In this document: one piece after another, positions 18,850 through 27,313 of the stretch
Position numbering within the stretch: position 1 is the first letter of the stretch
Layout: every line of letters begins with the position of its first letter
Source: a virus
Strand: one strand, 5' to 3'
IMG/VR virus record: IMGVR_UViG_3300032087_004567
DNA length: 64,000 nt
Made by a program: the position numbers and the translations under genes
Notes under the pieces: model-generated
What the model saw: the letters and a program-made list of their open reading frames with translations, nothing else
The model's database searches: none
Told to the model about the DNA's origin: nothing

Positions 18850-18970
18850 GGTAAAGCGCAACGGTGGGACTGGATCCCTGTAGAAGCGTAAAGTGCCGTT
18901 TAAAGAGTGTACAGCACCAAGATACTACAAAAATCTAGTCGTTGGCCAATTCGACTATAAAAAGGGCCGC
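18850..18970 (+). ncRNA. Candidate structured RNA ending in H-type pseudoknot
   Basis: GC-richer intergenic; AACGGT/GCCGTT, GGGA/TCCC, TAGTCG/CGACTA stems, loop GGCC pairs with 3' GGCC. Confidence 0.45.
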
Positions 18971-19019
18971 CTTATTATTGGAACATTATGAAAAATATTG
19001 ATTACTTTTTTACAGGATT

Positions 19020-19247
19020 GTGTGTAGGTTTGATACCAGTTCTCTGGTTTATTCTAACTTTTATGTAAACCTAAATACAGGTATGGAATATGATACCTGG
19101 TTAAAAGAAAAAGACATTGAAAGAATTTGGAAAATAGTAGATTTTAAACTTCCAGATTACTTTTGTTCTAAAGAAGAACTACAAGAATTCAACAGAATCC
19201 TTGCACATATCATTCCAGAAAGCAGATTAAAGAAATTCCTTCACTAA
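19020..19247 (+). CDS. Hypothetical protein (probable start 19083)
   Basis: ORF track; early region. Confidence 0.45.
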   Translation: MCRFDTSSLVYSNFYVNLNTGMEYDTWLKEKDIERIWKIVDFKLPDYFCSKEELQEFNRILAHIIPESRLKKFLH

Positions 19248-19284
19248 CCTCTTCATTTTAAACGACTTTATTTTCGGAAAATAG

Positions 19285-19313
19285 TTGATTTAATTTCCGA
19301 AAGTTCATACAAT
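19285..19313 (+). promoter_or_regulatory. Phage promoter
   Basis: TTGATT-17-TACAAT. Confidence 0.8.
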
Positions 19314-19346
19314 ATTAATATGAATAACGATAACAAAGGAGTTTAA

Positions 19347-19544
19347 ATGGGTGTATTTAGTGATTTAGATATTGAAATCAAACATGCTGAGTCTAAGGAA
19401 GACTTAGAGAATACTTTAATTCGTAACTATAACTTTACCCCTCATGATTGGGTTTTTAGACAGTGTATGTTAGAGTATGATATTGTCAATAACGACAAGT
19501 ATAGATTGCAAACCAAATTGAAGGAGTTAGAAAATGCGCAGTGA
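19347..19544 (+). CDS. Early hypothetical protein, paralog of 27314 ORF
   Basis: SD aaggag; MGVFSDLDIEIK vs MGFFSDMDIELK. Confidence 0.7.
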   Translation: MGVFSDLDIEIKHAESKEDLENTLIRNYNFTPHDWVFRQCMLEYDIVNNDKYRLQTKLKELENAQ

Positions 19545-19773
19545 GATTGTTAAAAAATTATTAGATGATCAGTTAGACATCTATACAATGACCTTTTATC
19601 CACATGAGTACTATGACCAGTTTGATAAAAGCTGGTTAGATGACTTTTCTACAAAGTTAAAAGATATTTACAACAACATGGTTATCGATAAAGGATTTCA
19701 TCCTGATGATGATTGTGAGATTGTAATGCAAGAGGTACTCAATGTTTTAGATAGAGATCACAATTGCATATAG
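19534..19773 (+). CDS. Early hypothetical protein
   Basis: SD aaggag; GFHPDDD.E motif. Confidence 0.65.
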   Translation: MRSEIVKKLLDDQLDIYTMTFYPHEYYDQFDKSWLDDFSTKLKDIYNNMVIDKGFHPDDDCEIVMQEVLNVLDRDHNCI

Positions 19774-19802
19774 TTGATTTAATTAAGGAGAGTGTATATA
19801 AT
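19774..19802 (+). promoter_or_regulatory. Phage promoter
   Basis: TTGATT-17-TATAAT. Confidence 0.8.
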
Positions 19803-19830
19803 TAATTATAAATTAGGAAAGTGAGAAAAT

Positions 19831-20142
19831 ATGAGTTTATTTGATAACATAGATGTAATAGTAGATAAGATGCATAAAGATCTTACAGTTACTAAAGATA
19901 GTAGAACTCCTGCCGAGAAGTTGTGGGATAAGATGGACAGAAGTGTTCTTAATGATAACTATAAGTCAGATGATCTTTCCGGACTTAATATTCCGATTGA
20001 TGCATGGTTGGTTTATAGAGACATGCCTGTTAGTAACTTAGATGTCTTTGGTACGTTGATTGGTAGAAATGCCCCGGCGGGCTACTTTGCAGTTTTTAAA
20101 ATTGTAAACGATAAATTAATTTGTTATTTGAGGAAGAAATAA
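19831..20142 (+). CDS. Early hypothetical protein
   Basis: Downstream of promoter. Confidence 0.6.
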   Translation: MSLFDNIDVIVDKMHKDLTVTKDSRTPAEKLWDKMDRSVLNDNYKSDDLSGLNIPIDAWLVYRDMPVSNLDVFGTLIGRNAPAGYFAVFKIVNDKLICYLRKK

Positions 20143-20393
20143 TGATTAGAATGATATGTGGTGGTGTTATTGGTTGTATGATTATGTTATATTTTCAAAC
20201 TACTAGTCCTTGGTTGCAAGCATTCACCGTTGGACTTATGGGTTATGATGAATGTACGATAGATAACTTACAGGAGTTAGATGTGAAACCTGCAGTAAAG
20301 GAAGATGGTTATGCATCTACTCTAAAGAAGAAGTTTGAGATTAAAATTCCTGGTCAGGAACCTATAGTATTTGAAATTACGGATAATAAATAG
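20121..20393 (+). CDS. Hypothetical membrane/exported protein
   Basis: Hydrophobic N-terminus; likely start 20142. Confidence 0.55.
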   Translation: MLFEEEIMIRMICGGVIGCMIMLYFQTTSPWLQAFTVGLMGYDECTIDNLQELDVKPAVKEDGYASTLKKKFEIKIPGQEPIVFEITDNK

Positions 20394-20619
20394 ATGTATG
20401 CCAGTAAAAAATCTACGATCACTCACATTAGAACAAAGTGCCCTTTCAAAGAAAGCCAATGAGTTTTCTAAAAAAGCGGCACGTTTAAGAAAAACACTTA
20501 TCTTTTTTGAAACACCCCATCGTGCACTAACCCCATACGATACATTAACTGAATTAAATACAAGAATTGATGAAATAAAAACACTTCTTGATCAAATAAA
20601 AAATGATTTAAATGATTAA
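20371..20619 (+). CDS. Hypothetical protein
   Basis: ORF track. Confidence 0.45.
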   Translation: MKLRIINRCMPVKNLRSLTLEQSALSKKANEFSKKAARLRKTLIFFETPHRALTPYDTLTELNTRIDEIKTLLDQIKNDLND

Positions 20620-20640
20620 ATAACTTTATTAAATTATATT

Positions 20641-20889
20641 ATGAAAAAATATGTTCACATTGATACCATTAAGATAAGATCCAACATAAAGAAGAAAAAG
20701 GCAGATCCAAAATTTGAGGTAGATCCGGTGGTTATTGTTCGAACCAAATCAAAAGTACTGGAAAAATGCCACGAGGTAGAAATTCAAGGACCTTGTAAGG
20801 TGGTATATGCCAAAGGTGGTGCAAAAATACTTAATTGCGGTGCCCGGGTTACCATTGAAACTGAATCACCCATTAGGGTTATACGATGA
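20641..20889 (+). CDS. Conserved phage hypothetical protein
   Basis: CHEVEIQGPCKVVY...LNCGARV.IET motif. Confidence 0.65.
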   Translation: MKKYVHIDTIKIRSNIKKKKADPKFEVDPVVIVRTKSKVLEKCHEVEIQGPCKVVYAKGGAKILNCGARVTIETESPIRVIR

Positions 20890-21116
20890 ACTTTATTGTA
20901 AGATATAAAAGAATTTATTTTAAGGACAACAGAGTAGAACATATCGAACAAACCCACTATGCCCACCATCCGGCCGATATATTCATGTCTATGGACACTG
21001 AATTTAGAAGAAAAGACTATGTGGTAGAAAAAGTAGAGGTCATCAATGTCGATAGAGAATCATTTGGTAACCTTGAGAAACTAAAACAAATTGATATACC
21101 CAGAAGAGGACACTAA
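20886..21116 (+). CDS. Hypothetical protein
   Basis: Overlapping start/stop with neighbours. Confidence 0.55.
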   Translation: MNFIVRYKRIYFKDNRVEHIEQTHYAHHPADIFMSMDTEFRRKDYVVEKVEVINVDRESFGNLEKLKQIDIPRRGH

Positions 21117-21877
21117 TGCATACCTATTATTATGAACCAATTTATAGGGGGAAGGTGCGTGATGTATATTCACTTACCAACAACTATCTTCTTATTGATA
21201 CTACCGATAGAATATCAGTCTTCGATAAAGTATTAGATCTACCTTGTAATGGAAGAGGTAAGGTGTTAAATGATATAACAGCCTTTTGGTCTAAATATCT
21301 TTATGACATTATTCCTAATCATTATGTGCGTCATACTGATAATCAAATGGTTGTTAGACGTACCACCCCCATAAAGATAGAATTTGTGGTACGTAAATGT
21401 ATCTTTGGTTCTTTTTATGAACAGCATAAGGATAAGTTCTTTGAAGGTGAAATGTTAAAAAATCCTATACTTACACCTACATCTAAATCAGACGTAAAAG
21501 ACGTTCCATTAACAGAAGAACAATGCCGTTCTATATCGCGGCATTATGATTATTGTAAAGATATATCCATTAAGTTATTCAATAAAGCCTATGATTATCT
21601 ATTTGATAGAGGCATGATATTATGTGATACCAAGTTTGAATTTGGATTACAACGCAATGAAGTCCTCCTAATTGATGAATATTTGACACCAGATAGTTCC
21701 AGGTTAATCAAAAAATCACAATATGAAAAAGGAAGATTTGTATTCAAGGATAAACAAATATTAAGAGATATAGTAAAGAATAAAGAACCATTAAATAAAG
21801 AAATAATGGATTATTTATTCTATATTTACGATAATACAAAGAATATTATTATTAATGGTAAAGTTAAAAAACTATGA
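21116..21877 (+). CDS. purC: SAICAR synthetase
   Basis: GKVRDVY, TDRISVFD, PILTPTSK, DTKFEFG, IDEYLTPDSSR, DKQ..R. Confidence 0.93.
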   Translation: MHTYYYEPIYRGKVRDVYSLTNNYLLIDTTDRISVFDKVLDLPCNGRGKVLNDITAFWSKYLYDIIPNHYVRHTDNQMVVRRTTPIKIEFVVRKCIFGSFYEQHKDKFFEGEMLKNPILTPTSKSDVKDVPLTEEQCRSISRHYDYCKDISIKLFNKAYDYLFDRGMILCDTKFEFGLQRNEVLLIDEYLTPDSSRLIKKSQYEKGRFVFKDKQILRDIVKNKEPLNKEIMDYLFYIYDNTKNIIINGKVKKL

Positions 21878-22488
21878 AACAAATAATCGATTGTTATTCA
21901 ATACCTATTCTAAAATTAACACTCCCGGAAGATCTATTTAAACAGACATTAGAACGTGCCGAAATTTACATACGACACAACGATTGGTTCACCAAAGAAC
22001 ATTATGGTTGTTCAATCAATTCATTCTATGATGATGGAAGACATTGTTATTGTGAGGAAAATGATAAGGAACTATTAGACTTTATTGATGAAAATATGTC
22101 CTCGTTTGTTGAAATAACCAATCATTCACTCAAAGGAACCAAACGAATATACAACAGTTGGTTAAATCTTAACATGCCAAACACCCAACACCCATTACAT
22201 CAACACTTTAATTCATTTGTTTCCGGGGTAATTTGGTTACGTACACCGCCTAATTCTGGTGACTTTTCATTTCAAGATCCCATACCCGAACGTAGAATGA
22301 ACCATGACAAGTATAGATGGGCCGTTAATGAACCCAATCATTATAATTCCGAAATGTATCGATGGAAGGTTAATGCCGGCAATATGATCTATTACCCCTC
22401 CTGGGTGCCCCATTGTGTGTATTCAAATGAAACTGAGGATGACTATAGACTATCCATTGCCTTTAATATGGAGATGGGAAAGGAATGA
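21874..22488 (+). CDS. 2OG-Fe(II) oxygenase (TIGR02466-like)
   Basis: SWLN, H.H, SGVIWL, FQDP, YPSWVPHCV, RLSIAFN. Confidence 0.85.
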   Translation: MKQIIDCYSIPILKLTLPEDLFKQTLERAEIYIRHNDWFTKEHYGCSINSFYDDGRHCYCEENDKELLDFIDENMSSFVEITNHSLKGTKRIYNSWLNLNMPNTQHPLHQHFNSFVSGVIWLRTPPNSGDFSFQDPIPERRMNHDKYRWAVNEPNHYNSEMYRWKVNAGNMIYYPSWVPHCVYSNETEDDYRLSIAFNMEMGKE

Positions 22489-22623
22489 AAAAGGAATCCT
22501 TTGTTTCATTTATGAAACGTCAAGGCCCGAATCCAAAAAAAGGCTTCTTTTCTAGATGGACATGGTATATAATAAAAAGAAACGAATATCTTAATCGATG
22601 GAAGAAGAAGGATTAGAATTAGG

Positions 22624-22887
22624 CTATTTCGAGTCTTTAGGACTCGAATAATCAAGAAAGGTTTCTCTAGTCATACATCCATAGGCGGCAATAGAAATAA
22701 AACGATCACATAGCCATTCATCTAACGAACGATTAATGTATTGTACCATTTCTTTGGTATTAAGATAATAGGCACATTCATTATAACTTTCATATGGCTC
22801 CTTATGCTGTACATAATAATAGTGTTTATTCAATCCATCATCATTGGAGAATAGAATAAGTACGGTGATGTAGAATGCCTTGCCCAT
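22624..22887 (-). CDS. Hypothetical exported protein
   Basis: Hydrophobic N-terminus, Cys pair. Confidence 0.45.
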   Translation of the reverse strand: MGKAFYITVLILFSNDDGLNKHYYYVQHKEPYESYNECAYYLNTKEMVQYINRSLDEWLCDRFISIAAYGCMTRETFLDYSSPKDSK

Positions 22888-22970
22888 AGTAACTACTTAG
22901 CTGTCTTTGTATATTTGCCGTGTTTTCCCCGTGCATATGCTTAGTCTCCTTAGTCTAATACATTTTTTTA

Positions 22971-23070
22971 TGTAGGGGAATGTGAGGGATTAAATGCACG
23001 TTACTAAACCCCCTTGTACCCTGCATATACCGTGGGTCCTAAACGGTTCATAGTAAAGGACTCTTTTTTT
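22971..23070 (+). ncRNA. Candidate structured RNA with strong H-type pseudoknot followed by U-tract
   Basis: ACCGT/ACGGT stem, loop GGGTCCT pairs with AGGACTC, then T7; upstream TGTAGGG/CCCTGCA stem. Confidence 0.45.
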
Positions 23071-23080
23071 GTAAGATATC

Positions 23081-23109
23081 TTGATTTAATTTCCGTAATT
23101 TCATATAAT
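23081..23109 (+). promoter_or_regulatory. Phage promoter
   Basis: TTGATT-17-TATAAT. Confidence 0.8.
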
Positions 23110-23334
23110 ATTCTAAATAATTAGGAGATAGTATGATTAGATTAATCAATGAGGTGGCAATAGCAGTAGTAGTATTTGTATTGTTGTACTTACATAGTAC
23201 TAAATCATTTAACGACTTATTAGGAGGTATACTATAATGGTAGAGTTTTTATTCCAAAGTTGGTTTTTTGTTATTGCACTAGTATTTGTAGTAGGGTTAT
23301 TTAAAAGTAATTAAACAGGAAATGGTGATTTTTT

Positions 23335-23523
23335 ATGTATAATATTGACGATGTATATCAGCAGGTAGAACGGCTCGAGGAACAGAATGATTCTCTGAAG
23401 AAGTCTCTCGACACTATACTATCTAAACTAAATGAAATGGAACAGCAATTGAATTGGTTACGTTCGGAGGAGGAAGTTAAGCGTCATTGGCAGCAGGGGC
23501 CTAACTCTATGATTCATAGGTAG
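23335..23523 (+). CDS. Small coiled-coil hypothetical protein
   Basis: Heptad pattern. Confidence 0.5.
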   Translation: MYNIDDVYQQVERLEEQNDSLKKSLDTILSKLNEMEQQLNWLRSEEEVKRHWQQGPNSMIHR

Positions 23524-23639
23524 TCTCTGGCCCTTTCTCTAGACCCCTCTCTGCCCCGCTCTTGACCGGTATGGAACTTTATGGGCGCGCGTCAGGGCTC
23601 ATTCTATCGGTGTGTTCACGGAATATTTGCAGAATTTTG

Positions 23640-23840
23640 TAACTACTTGATATCATTGGGTTTTTCCTAAATCCTTGATATCATTGGACTTTTTAATGCT
23701 ACCGGGTCCGGTTCGAAACCTCTGGGGTCCGGTTCCAATGGAGGCCATTGACCCCCTACCACGTCTACATTATATTCTACATTCAATAATTAAAGCCACT
23801 AAAGAACCGGACCCCACCGCTAACTACTTGATTTTAAAGG
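23640..23840. repeat. Cluster of direct and inverted repeats in GC-rich non-coding DNA
   Basis: CTTGATATCATTGG x2; GGGTCCGGTTC x2; GGGGTCCGGTTC inverted with GAACCGGACCCC. Confidence 0.75.
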
Positions 23841-23870
23841 AATGTTTATTGTAAATAATACAAAAAACAG

Positions 23871-23899
23871 TAGATTTAATTTCCGGAAGTTCCTATAAT
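23871..23899 (+). promoter_or_regulatory. Phage promoter
   Basis: TAGATT-17-TATAAT with conserved TAATTTCC extension. Confidence 0.75.
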
Positions 23900-23932
23900 T
23901 AATTATAAGTTAAAGAAATAAGGAGATTTAAA

Positions 23933-24208
23933 ATGACTAGAGAAGAATTTAAAAACTTAGATTACGTTAGTACTAACGAATTTGGTTATAATTTTTACTT
24001 AATTGAAGATTATGATGAAGATAGATTAGAATATTTCAAAGATAAGGTTTTATTTGCAAATATGAAAGGTGTAGAATTTCATTATGGAATGGGTGATGAT
24101 ATTTGTAATAGTGTTAGTGTTGAAAGATTAGAATTACTAGATGAGGTAGATGAGAATTTCGCCGATTGGTTAGTTAGTAATGGTGGTAAAAATGACTATG
24201 ATGAATAG
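23933..24208 (+). CDS. Acidic early hypothetical protein
   Basis: SD aaggag after promoter. Confidence 0.7.
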   Translation: MTREEFKNLDYVSTNEFGYNFYLIEDYDEDRLEYFKDKVLFANMKGVEFHYGMGDDICNSVSVERLELLDEVDENFADWLVSNGGKNDYDE

Positions 24209-24237
24209 TTGATTTAATTTCGGAATTTTCATATAAT
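24209..24237 (+). promoter_or_regulatory. Phage promoter
   Basis: TTGATT-17-TATAAT. Confidence 0.8.
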
Positions 24238-24269
24238 TAATTATAATTTAGAAATAAGGAGATAAACAA

Positions 24270-24611
24270 ATGTTAAAGACTTACCAATTATATCAGACAT
24301 TCGACGGATCTAAGATTAGAAGAGATGCAATGTTTTATGGAAAAGATTCTAAGTTCTACAACTTAAAGCAGGCTGAAGAAGCATTTGCTGGTAGATATAG
24401 AAAAGACAACTATGAGTACAAAGGTGAGATGTACTGTGAGAGCTTGGAAGAGGCTTTCGAGAAGTCAAACATGGGTGAAGGTCCTAAAGGTGCTTACTCA
24501 ATGTCAGTAGGTGATATCTTAGTAAATAAGAAGACTGGTAGAACATACATAGTTGCAAGAGTAGGATTTGACGAGTTATACAAATGGGCTTATGGAAAGG
24601 AGGCTGCTTAA
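24270..24611 (+). CDS. YodL-like hypothetical protein
   Basis: LEEAFEKSN...SMSVGDI.V...GF motif. Confidence 0.55.
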   Translation: MLKTYQLYQTFDGSKIRRDAMFYGKDSKFYNLKQAEEAFAGRYRKDNYEYKGEMYCESLEEAFEKSNMGEGPKGAYSMSVGDILVNKKTGRTYIVARVGFDELYKWAYGKEAA

Positions 24612-24862
24612 TGTTTAATATATGTTGTGAAGACCATAGAATAGAGGAGCTGTATAAAGCAGCTCGTGGGATTGATCCACTACCTGAGATGGTAGATGAT
24701 TGGAACTCCATGATAGACCCAGAGAAGCAGACTATCTGGGAGATGTTACTGGAGGAGCTAGCCCCAGAGGAGTATCGTAGGTGGAAGGACTCTGCAATAA
24801 CTACCCCCTGGTCGGAGAAGCTAGCTCCAGAAGATCTTCGAAGATGGTCTGCAATAACCTAG
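24611..24862 (+). CDS. Hypothetical protein with internal duplication (start likely 24611)
   Basis: EELAPEEYRRWKDSAIT / EKLAPEDLRRWSAIT. Confidence 0.55.
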   Translation: MFNICCEDHRIEELYKAARGIDPLPEMVDDWNSMIDPEKQTIWEMLLEELAPEEYRRWKDSAITTPWSEKLAPEDLRRWSAIT

Positions 24863-24886
24863 TTGTTTGTTAATCTCCCAACCTTG

Positions 24887-24909
24887 GCCGCCGTTAGGCG
24901 GCTTTTTTT
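24887..24909 (+). terminator. Intrinsic terminator
   Basis: GCCGCC-GTTA-GGCGGC then T7. Confidence 0.85.
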
Positions 24910-25079
24910 ATGGGCGGAATCCCGGTCGGTAATTTTTTTCGAGACGAGATCAGGTACCTGTATGATATAGCACGAGGTCTGGTTTACTATACTAAACGTT
25001 CCAAAACCCCGGTAGGAAATCCCCCTTACAATTCCTAACAAAGGGATTCTAAAAAAATTTCGCGCGTGAAAATTACAGT

Positions 25080-25235
25080 TTAAAGTTTTTTGGAAGATAG
25101 TTTATCCACTATGGCCTTTTGACTATCAATTAATAGCTTTTGATTGATTAGCCTTTCACCTTGTTCCTCTATGTCCTTTTGTTGTTTCTTTATTTCCTTT
25201 ATCTGTATACCGACAATGGTATTAGATGAATCCAT
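25080..25235 (-). CDS. Small coiled-coil protein (51 aa, not in ORF track)
   Basis: MDSSNTIVGIQIKEIKKQQ...; follows 25240 ORF. Confidence 0.4.
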   Translation of the reverse strand: MDSSNTIVGIQIKEIKKQQKDIEEQGERLINQKLLIDSQKAIVDKLSSKKL

Positions 25236-25239
25236 GGTA

Positions 25240-25416
25240 TTATTGTGGAAGTGGCGGTATCTTTGAACGTGTCTTATCTAAAGGATCTGATCTCAATTTC
25301 TTTCCACCATCACCATCGGCGTCTGCATCACCCTTGCGCAGCTTTCCACTACGTGTAAAATGATAACCCTTTGGTGCTGATTTAACTTCTTTGATAAACT
25401 CTTGAAATTTAAGCAT
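25240..25416 (-). CDS. Putative internal head protein with capsid-targeting leader (58 aa, not in ORF track)
   Basis: MLKFQEFIKE resembles T4 CTS MKTYQEFIAE; SD aagga; basic mature part. Confidence 0.65.
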   Translation of the reverse strand: MLKFQEFIKEVKSAPKGYHFTRSGKLRKGDADADGDGGKKLRSDPLDKTRSKIPPLPQ

Positions 25417-25434
25417 AATTTATTCCTTTTTTAG

Positions 25435-25463
25435 TGGATTTAATATTTAGGTTATTATATAAT
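25435..25463 (+). promoter_or_regulatory. Phage promoter variant
   Basis: TGGATT-17-TATAAT. Confidence 0.6.
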
Positions 25464-25485
25464 TGTATTATATTAGTTAATTAAG

Positions 25486-25800
25486 GTGAATATTATGCAA
25501 TTTATGGAAATGGAGAAATTTATAGACATCTACCTTGCCAAGTACGGTAAAGATGTCGTGGAAGATGTAGAACGTGATATCTTTCCTATTCGTAACTGTG
25601 ATCGTCAGGCCGTATATAAGGCAATTGATGAATTCAATAAACAATATCCTAATTATCGTATTGCACGTGAGGGTTTATTTGATATTGATTACGATTTGAA
25701 GTATATACGTGACATTATGGTTACCTTGGATAATGGTTATTATACCCACGAACCATTATCTGATGAAATGTTTGAAAAATTAGTGGGTTGGAAACGATAA
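25486..25800 (+). CDS. Hypothetical protein
   Basis: Downstream of promoter. Confidence 0.6.
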   Translation: MNIMQFMEMEKFIDIYLAKYGKDVVEDVERDIFPIRNCDRQAVYKAIDEFNKQYPNYRIAREGLFDIDYDLKYIRDIMVTLDNGYYTHEPLSDEMFEKLVGWKR

Positions 25801-26075
25801 AAAATTTTGGGGTACCAGTTCCTTTCAGGAAAAATAGTACCCCGCCTTTCTTTATAGGAGAATATATGAAAAATAGTTATGATAATATGAATGATAGTTT
25901 TAATAAGTTGATTGGTAAAATGGATGGTTTGATTGCCAAGTTGGAATTCTTTTCCTATGTGATCATTTTTTGCTGTATATTGTATTCGTTTTATTTGTTT
26001 AAAACCGGGTTGGTGTTGGAGGCCATGTACCACGTGTTGATATCTTTATTTTTATATAATGTGGCAAGAAAATAG
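25788..26075 (+). CDS. Hypothetical membrane protein (likely start 25866)
   Basis: SD aggag before 25866; two TM segments. Confidence 0.55.
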   Translation: METIKNFGVPVPFRKNSTPPFFIGEYMKNSYDNMNDSFNKLIGKMDGLIAKLEFFSYVIIFCCILYSFYLFKTGLVLEAMYHVLISLFLYNVARK

Positions 26076-26104
26076 TTGATTTAATTTATTGATGGGACTA
26101 TAAT
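26076..26104 (+). promoter_or_regulatory. Phage promoter
   Basis: TTGATT-17-TATAAT. Confidence 0.8.
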
Positions 26105-26110
26105 ATTATT

Positions 26111-26293
26111 ATGAATAAGGAGATAGTAATTATGAATATAGCAAGAATGATAGAAGATAGAATGGAAACTATCTATGGTGATTGTGATAATGTAGAAGAG
26201 TTTGTTGCAATGATGACCATCAAAGGTGTTGATATGGACTATGTTCGTAATTGGTATTATCAACGTAATAGTGAATTTAACGGAGGGTATTAA
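26111..26293 (+). CDS. Early hypothetical protein
   Basis: After promoter; alternative start 26132 with SD. Confidence 0.6.
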   Translation: MNKEIVIMNIARMIEDRMETIYGDCDNVEEFVAMMTIKGVDMDYVRNWYYQRNSEFNGGY

Positions 26294-26295
26294 TT

Positions 26296-27240
26296 ATGGC
26301 ACATTTGGTTGAATCAATGGCATATGCCGGTGAGGTTCCATGGCATGGTTTAGGAACAAAGGTCGATTCAAATATATCGGTTAATGGTATGTTGGAAAAG
26401 GCCGGATTGAATTGGAATGTTAAAAAGGTTCCATTGTTTATGGATTGTCCCGATGGAACAAGACGTATGCATTCGAAGATGGCACTTGTACGGGAGAAAG
26501 ATGGCTTCATGGATGAACTGTCTACGGTTTCACAAAATTGGAACCCGGTTCAAAACCAGGAGGCCTTTGAATTGTTTGAACCATTTGTTAGGGCCGGTTC
26601 TTTGGAAATGCATACGGCCGGATCCTTGAAAGGTGGAAGAATTGTCTGGGGCCTTGCAAAGATGAAAGATAGCTTTGTGTTACATGGTGATGATGTAACC
26701 GATAATTTTATTCTTTTGGTTAACCCGCACACCTTTGGTGCACGAGTGCACGCACGTTCAACACCAATACGGGTGGTATGTAATAATACATTATCGCTTT
26801 CTATCAACCAGGTTGCCAAGAATGAGGCCTACCAAACACATAAGAAACCATTTGACTTGGAGGAAATGGTTGAGGCAATGAATATGTGCACCGAGGAGTT
26901 TAAGTCCTATCGTGATGCGGCCAACTTTATTTCTAGTATTCAGTATACCGATAAAAAGGTTAAGGAATATTTTGATAAAGTGTTTCCAACCTTCTCTAAA
27001 ACAGAAACTAAATCTTCAAAGCTTGCACAAAAGTGTTTTGAGGTACTAGAGACCCAACCAGGATCTGAATATGGTAAAAATACTTGGTGGCAGGCCTTTA
27101 ATGCAGTTACCTTTATTTCCGATCATAAGGCCAATGTAGATGTTGATAGAAGAATTACCTCTACCTGGTTTGGTCAAAATAGTAAGCGTAAGCAAAAGGC
27201 ATTAGACCTTGCCGTTAAGTATGCAGAGGTGGCCTTATGA
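26296..27240 (+). CDS. DUF932 family phage/plasmid protein
   Basis: PWHGLG, PVQN.EAF, TAGSLKGG, TPIRVVCNNTL, WQAFNAVT. Confidence 0.9.
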   Translation: MAHLVESMAYAGEVPWHGLGTKVDSNISVNGMLEKAGLNWNVKKVPLFMDCPDGTRRMHSKMALVREKDGFMDELSTVSQNWNPVQNQEAFELFEPFVRAGSLEMHTAGSLKGGRIVWGLAKMKDSFVLHGDDVTDNFILLVNPHTFGARVHARSTPIRVVCNNTLSLSINQVAKNEAYQTHKKPFDLEEMVEAMNMCTEEFKSYRDAANFISSIQYTDKKVKEYFDKVFPTFSKTETKSSKLAQKCFEVLETQPGSEYGKNTWWQAFNAVTFISDHKANVDVDRRITSTWFGQNSKRKQKALDLAVKYAEVAL

Positions 27241-27313
27241 TTATTCTTGATGCCATATATACTACGTTATTGATTTTTATTATGGGTTATTTTATAATTG
27301 AATTAGTACGGAG

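Noticed and set aside
23690-23760. GGTTCGAAACC looks like a tRNA T-arm
   Set aside because: No D-arm, anticodon arm or acceptor stem can be built around it
24750-24862. Repeat pair as DGR template/variable region
   Set aside because: Differences are not confined to adenines and there is no reverse transcriptase in the window
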